Positions 61,280 through 64,000 of a DNA stretch of 64,000 nt are shown here, in pieces; the first letter of the stretch is position 1; each line of letters starts with the position of its first letter. The notes below the pieces were generated by a model. It was not told the origin of the DNA and made no database searches. It worked only from the letters and a program-made list of their open reading frames with translations. Source of the stretch: a virus; the IMG/VR virus record IMGVR_UViG_3300012176_000002, positions 53,474-117,473 of that record; one strand, 5' to 3'. Made by a program: the position numbers and the translations under genes.

Positions 61280-62613
61280 TGGCGACATTATCAGAAAATA
61301 TCACACAAGTAATAAACGATCTTGATGGTATAAAAGAATCCGCAAATATACCCGATAGAACACCAACAAGCGAATACAAAAAGTATACTATTAAAGATAC
61401 AAGTAAAGAAGTAGTTGAATGGCAATCGCATCCAGACTGGTGGGATATTGAATCCTATGTAAATACAGGTATTGTACCGTGGCTTGATGATCCTCTGGAA
61501 AATGTACGATACGGGTTTGTTGTAACCGATAGTAATCATACGATTATACTGCCTTCTGGCTATCAATTTTATTTATCGGACGGTGCGTATTATGATACTA
61601 CATCAGTTACCACTCATACATGGGATAGAACTAAAGATAAACCGTGTGCAGATGGATATATGACCCGTGCAGTTATAGTATGCAAAAGCAGCGATAAGAA
61701 TGTGTCTATAAGTCATAGAGCGTTTTTGTATGATGGTATAGACAGTATTTATGTTTATTTAGGTGATTGTAATTTGACAAGCATAGTATTCTCTGGTTCA
61801 TCCTCATCAGCATATAGTAATAAACTAATCCAAGCCATACATACAACAGGAAGTACTACTTTTAACACAGGTACTATAATAACTAATGCATTCCAAAATT
61901 GCTATTCCATCAAAAACATAGTATTGCCTAATGGGATAACTAGCATTGCGACTACTGCATTCCTAAATTGTTATTCACTTACGAATATAGTATTCCCCAA
62001 TGGGATAACGAGCATTGGAACTAGTGCATTCCAAAATTGTTATTCAATTACGAATATAGTATTTCCCAATGGGATAACTAGTATTAATGCTAGTGCATTC
62101 TCTGGTTGTTCTTCCCTTATGAATATCTCATTACCTAGCGGAATAACTAACATTGGAGCTAGTACATTCTACGGTTGTTCTTCACTTGCGAATATCTTAT
62201 TACCTAATGGAATAACTAGCATTGGATCTAGTGCATTTCAAAATTGTTCTTCACTTATAAGTATAACGTTACCTGATAAGCTAACTAGTATTGGAAATAT
62301 AGTATTTTCTGGCTGTTCTTCGCTTACGAGTATCTCATTACCTAGTGGAATAACTAGCATTGGATCAAGTATATTCCAAAATTGTTATTCACTCACAAGC
62401 GTAACGGTTCAGGCAGGATTCTCGACTTCATTACCCTTTGACGTGACGAACTGTATCAATTTGTCAATAACATCATCGGAAAATATAATACACAATTATG
62501 CGGATATGAAGGGGAAAACTTCACCCACTTTGACGATAGGCCCTACTAATTTGGCAAAACTATCGGAAGAAATAATAGCTGAAGCCACAGCAAAAGGTAT
62601 TACACTGGCATAG
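61279..62613 (+). CDS. BspA-type leucine-rich repeat protein
   Basis: Eight 23-aa repeats (AFxNCxSLxxIxLPxGITSIG). Confidence 0.85.
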   Translation: MATLSENITQVINDLDGIKESANIPDRTPTSEYKKYTIKDTSKEVVEWQSHPDWWDIESYVNTGIVPWLDDPLENVRYGFVVTDSNHTIILPSGYQFYLSDGAYYDTTSVTTHTWDRTKDKPCADGYMTRAVIVCKSSDKNVSISHRAFLYDGIDSIYVYLGDCNLTSIVFSGSSSSAYSNKLIQAIHTTGSTTFNTGTIITNAFQNCYSIKNIVLPNGITSIATTAFLNCYSLTNIVFPNGITSIGTSAFQNCYSITNIVFPNGITSINASAFSGCSSLMNISLPSGITNIGASTFYGCSSLANILLPNGITSIGSSAFQNCSSLISITLPDKLTSIGNIVFSGCSSLTSISLPSGITSIGSSIFQNCYSLTSVTVQAGFSTSLPFDVTNCINLSITSSENIIHNYADMKGKTSPTLTIGPTNLAKLSEEIIAEATAKGITLA

Positions 62614-62624
62614 GAGAAAAATGA

Positions 62625-62825
62625 ATGTATAAACAAATGTACACATTGGGAAATGGACAAAGAATATTGATATCAACAAATCCAGACATATACTTATACA
62701 ACGGGGAATCACATTCACAACTTATATATTTGGGAAGTGAAGCATCCCCTGATAATTGGGAAGAGGTTACAAAAGAAGAATACGAATCCATGTTAGAACA
62801 ATCTGAAAATGACACCGCAGGTTAA
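62625..62825 (+). CDS. small hypothetical protein (66 aa)
   Basis: AGGAG SD; follows the LRR gene. Confidence 0.65.
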   Translation: MYKQMYTLGNGQRILISTNPDIYLYNGESHSQLIYLGSEASPDNWEEVTKEEYESMLEQSENDTAG

Positions 62826-62924
62826 TAAAGTTTTCAGTTACTAAAAACCAAGCCAACAATAATTTTAACTCTCTTAATGTTGAGGGGGTTATTTTATTTT
62901 GAATAAAAGAAAAGGAGAATTAAA

Positions 62925-63137
62925 ATGGAAAATTTAAAGTCATTAAAATGGTGGGAAGCAGCAGGGGTCAGATCAATCAAGACAGTAGCACAGACAGCAG
63001 TAGCGTTACTTGGTACGGCGGTATTTTTAACGGATGTTAACTGGGTACAGGTATTGTCCGCGTCGATCTTAGCGGGTGGAATATCCCTGCTGACTTCTCT
63101 TGCAGGACTGCCCGAATTGGGCACAAAGGAGGAATAA
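62925..63137 (+). CDS. holin (r1t-like family)
   Basis: W..AAGVRSIKTVAQTA...SLLTSLAGLPE. Confidence 0.88.
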   Translation: MENLKSLKWWEAAGVRSIKTVAQTAVALLGTAVFLTDVNWVQVLSASILAGGISLLTSLAGLPELGTKEE

Positions 63138-63140
63138 AGT

Positions 63141-63950
63141 ATGACAGCAACAGAAAAAAGACAAGCAATAGTAAAAAAACTGATTAGCAGAGAAGGTAAA
63201 AATACTTATACACAGGGAGATAAACGCGATCAAGTAGCCACTGGATATAGTGATTGCTCTTCCCTTACACAATGGGCACACAAAGAGATTCTTGGTATCA
63301 GCATCGGCAGCAATACAGAAGCACAGATTCAGTCCAGTAAGCTGACCACAATCGAAGCTGGCATAAAAAATGGTATCCCCGACGAATCAAAATTACTGCC
63401 CGGTGACGTGCTGTATTTTAGGGGACGAGATGCCAGCCGTAAGGCAACCGGTTATGTAGGGCATGTTGAAATGTATGTTGGCAACGGGCAGATCAGTGGG
63501 CACGGGTCTGGTATCGGGCCTACACGCAAGTCTCTAATGGATTATTGTCGTACACGGCAGTCTGATGCGGTAGCAACCCCGATTGGTAACAGGGGCTTGA
63601 TCTGTGTACGACGTGCTGTACCCGCAGATGCCTCTGATCATAATGAGTGGACAGACAAGCTTACTGAATTATACATAACGCAGTTAGGACGCTTGCCGGA
63701 TGCGGGAGGTCTTGCCTGTTGGTCTGCTCACCTTGCTGGAGGCGCTACATGGGAGAGTGTGGCAAATGCTGTTATTGATAGTCAAGAGGGACGTGAGCGG
63801 TACGTAAGAGAACTATATACCTACCTGCTATACAGAGAACCGGACGCGGAAGGTAAAAAACACTGGCTCAATCTACTTAGTACTGGCATGACCCGCGCAG
63901 AGGTGTACAAGGGCTTTTTGAACAGCCCGGAATATAAGCCTAAGAGTTAA
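63141..63950 (+). CDS. endolysin: NlpC/P60 catalytic domain with two DUF4214-like repeats
   Basis: YTQ...SDCSS, PGDVLYF, GHVEMYVG; LY...LGRLPDAGGL..W repeats. Confidence 0.85.
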   Translation: MTATEKRQAIVKKLISREGKNTYTQGDKRDQVATGYSDCSSLTQWAHKEILGISIGSNTEAQIQSSKLTTIEAGIKNGIPDESKLLPGDVLYFRGRDASRKATGYVGHVEMYVGNGQISGHGSGIGPTRKSLMDYCRTRQSDAVATPIGNRGLICVRRAVPADASDHNEWTDKLTELYITQLGRLPDAGGLACWSAHLAGGATWESVANAVIDSQEGRERYVRELYTYLLYREPDAEGKKHWLNLLSTGMTRAEVYKGFLNSPEYKPKS

Positions 63951-63964
63951 TTTAGATAAATCAA

Positions 63965-63999
63965 AAAGAACACAACCACTTCTAGCCGTGTTCTTTTTG
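63965..63999 (+). terminator. terminator after the endolysin gene
   Basis: AAAGAACAC...GTGTTCTTT followed by a T-run. Confidence 0.7.
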
Positions 64000-64000
64000 A

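Overview
About 64 kb of a large, AT-rich SPbeta-like siphophage or prophage, probably infecting a clostridial (Lachnospiraceae/Oscillospiraceae-type) host; the host is an inference. Layout: (1) 146-8804, a minus-strand block of small early genes, including an M20/M28-type peptidase and a CxxC-repeat protein; (2) about 8.8-12.6 kb, a regulatory and largely non-coding switch region with tandem 11-mers and a strand-composition flip; (3) from 12.6 kb, a plus-strand block with an HTH protein, a deaminase, a CoiA-like nuclease, a YonO-like single-subunit RNA polymerase, HU, three tRNAs, PIN-PhoH, a metallophosphoesterase and a tyrosine recombinase, followed by the head, tail and lysis modules. Three group I introns can be read from the sequence. 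One splits the RNAP catalytic D|FDGD motif and carries a GIY-YIG endonuclease. Two split the roughly 2816-aa tape measure gene. The second tape-measure intron (43296-45539) has no recognisable homing endonuclease. Between P7 and its 3' splice site it carries about 1.7 kb of cargo: two sense ORFs with a shared header (one containing a diverged copy of part of TMP exon 1), an antisense zinc-ribbon gene with its own sigma-A promoter at the 3' splice site, and a second antisense promoter aimed at the ribozyme core. Several real-looking genes start at near-cognate codons (ATA/ATT/ACG/GTC), and the phage carries an atypical initiator tRNA. All family assignments come from motif recognition by eye; no searches were run.
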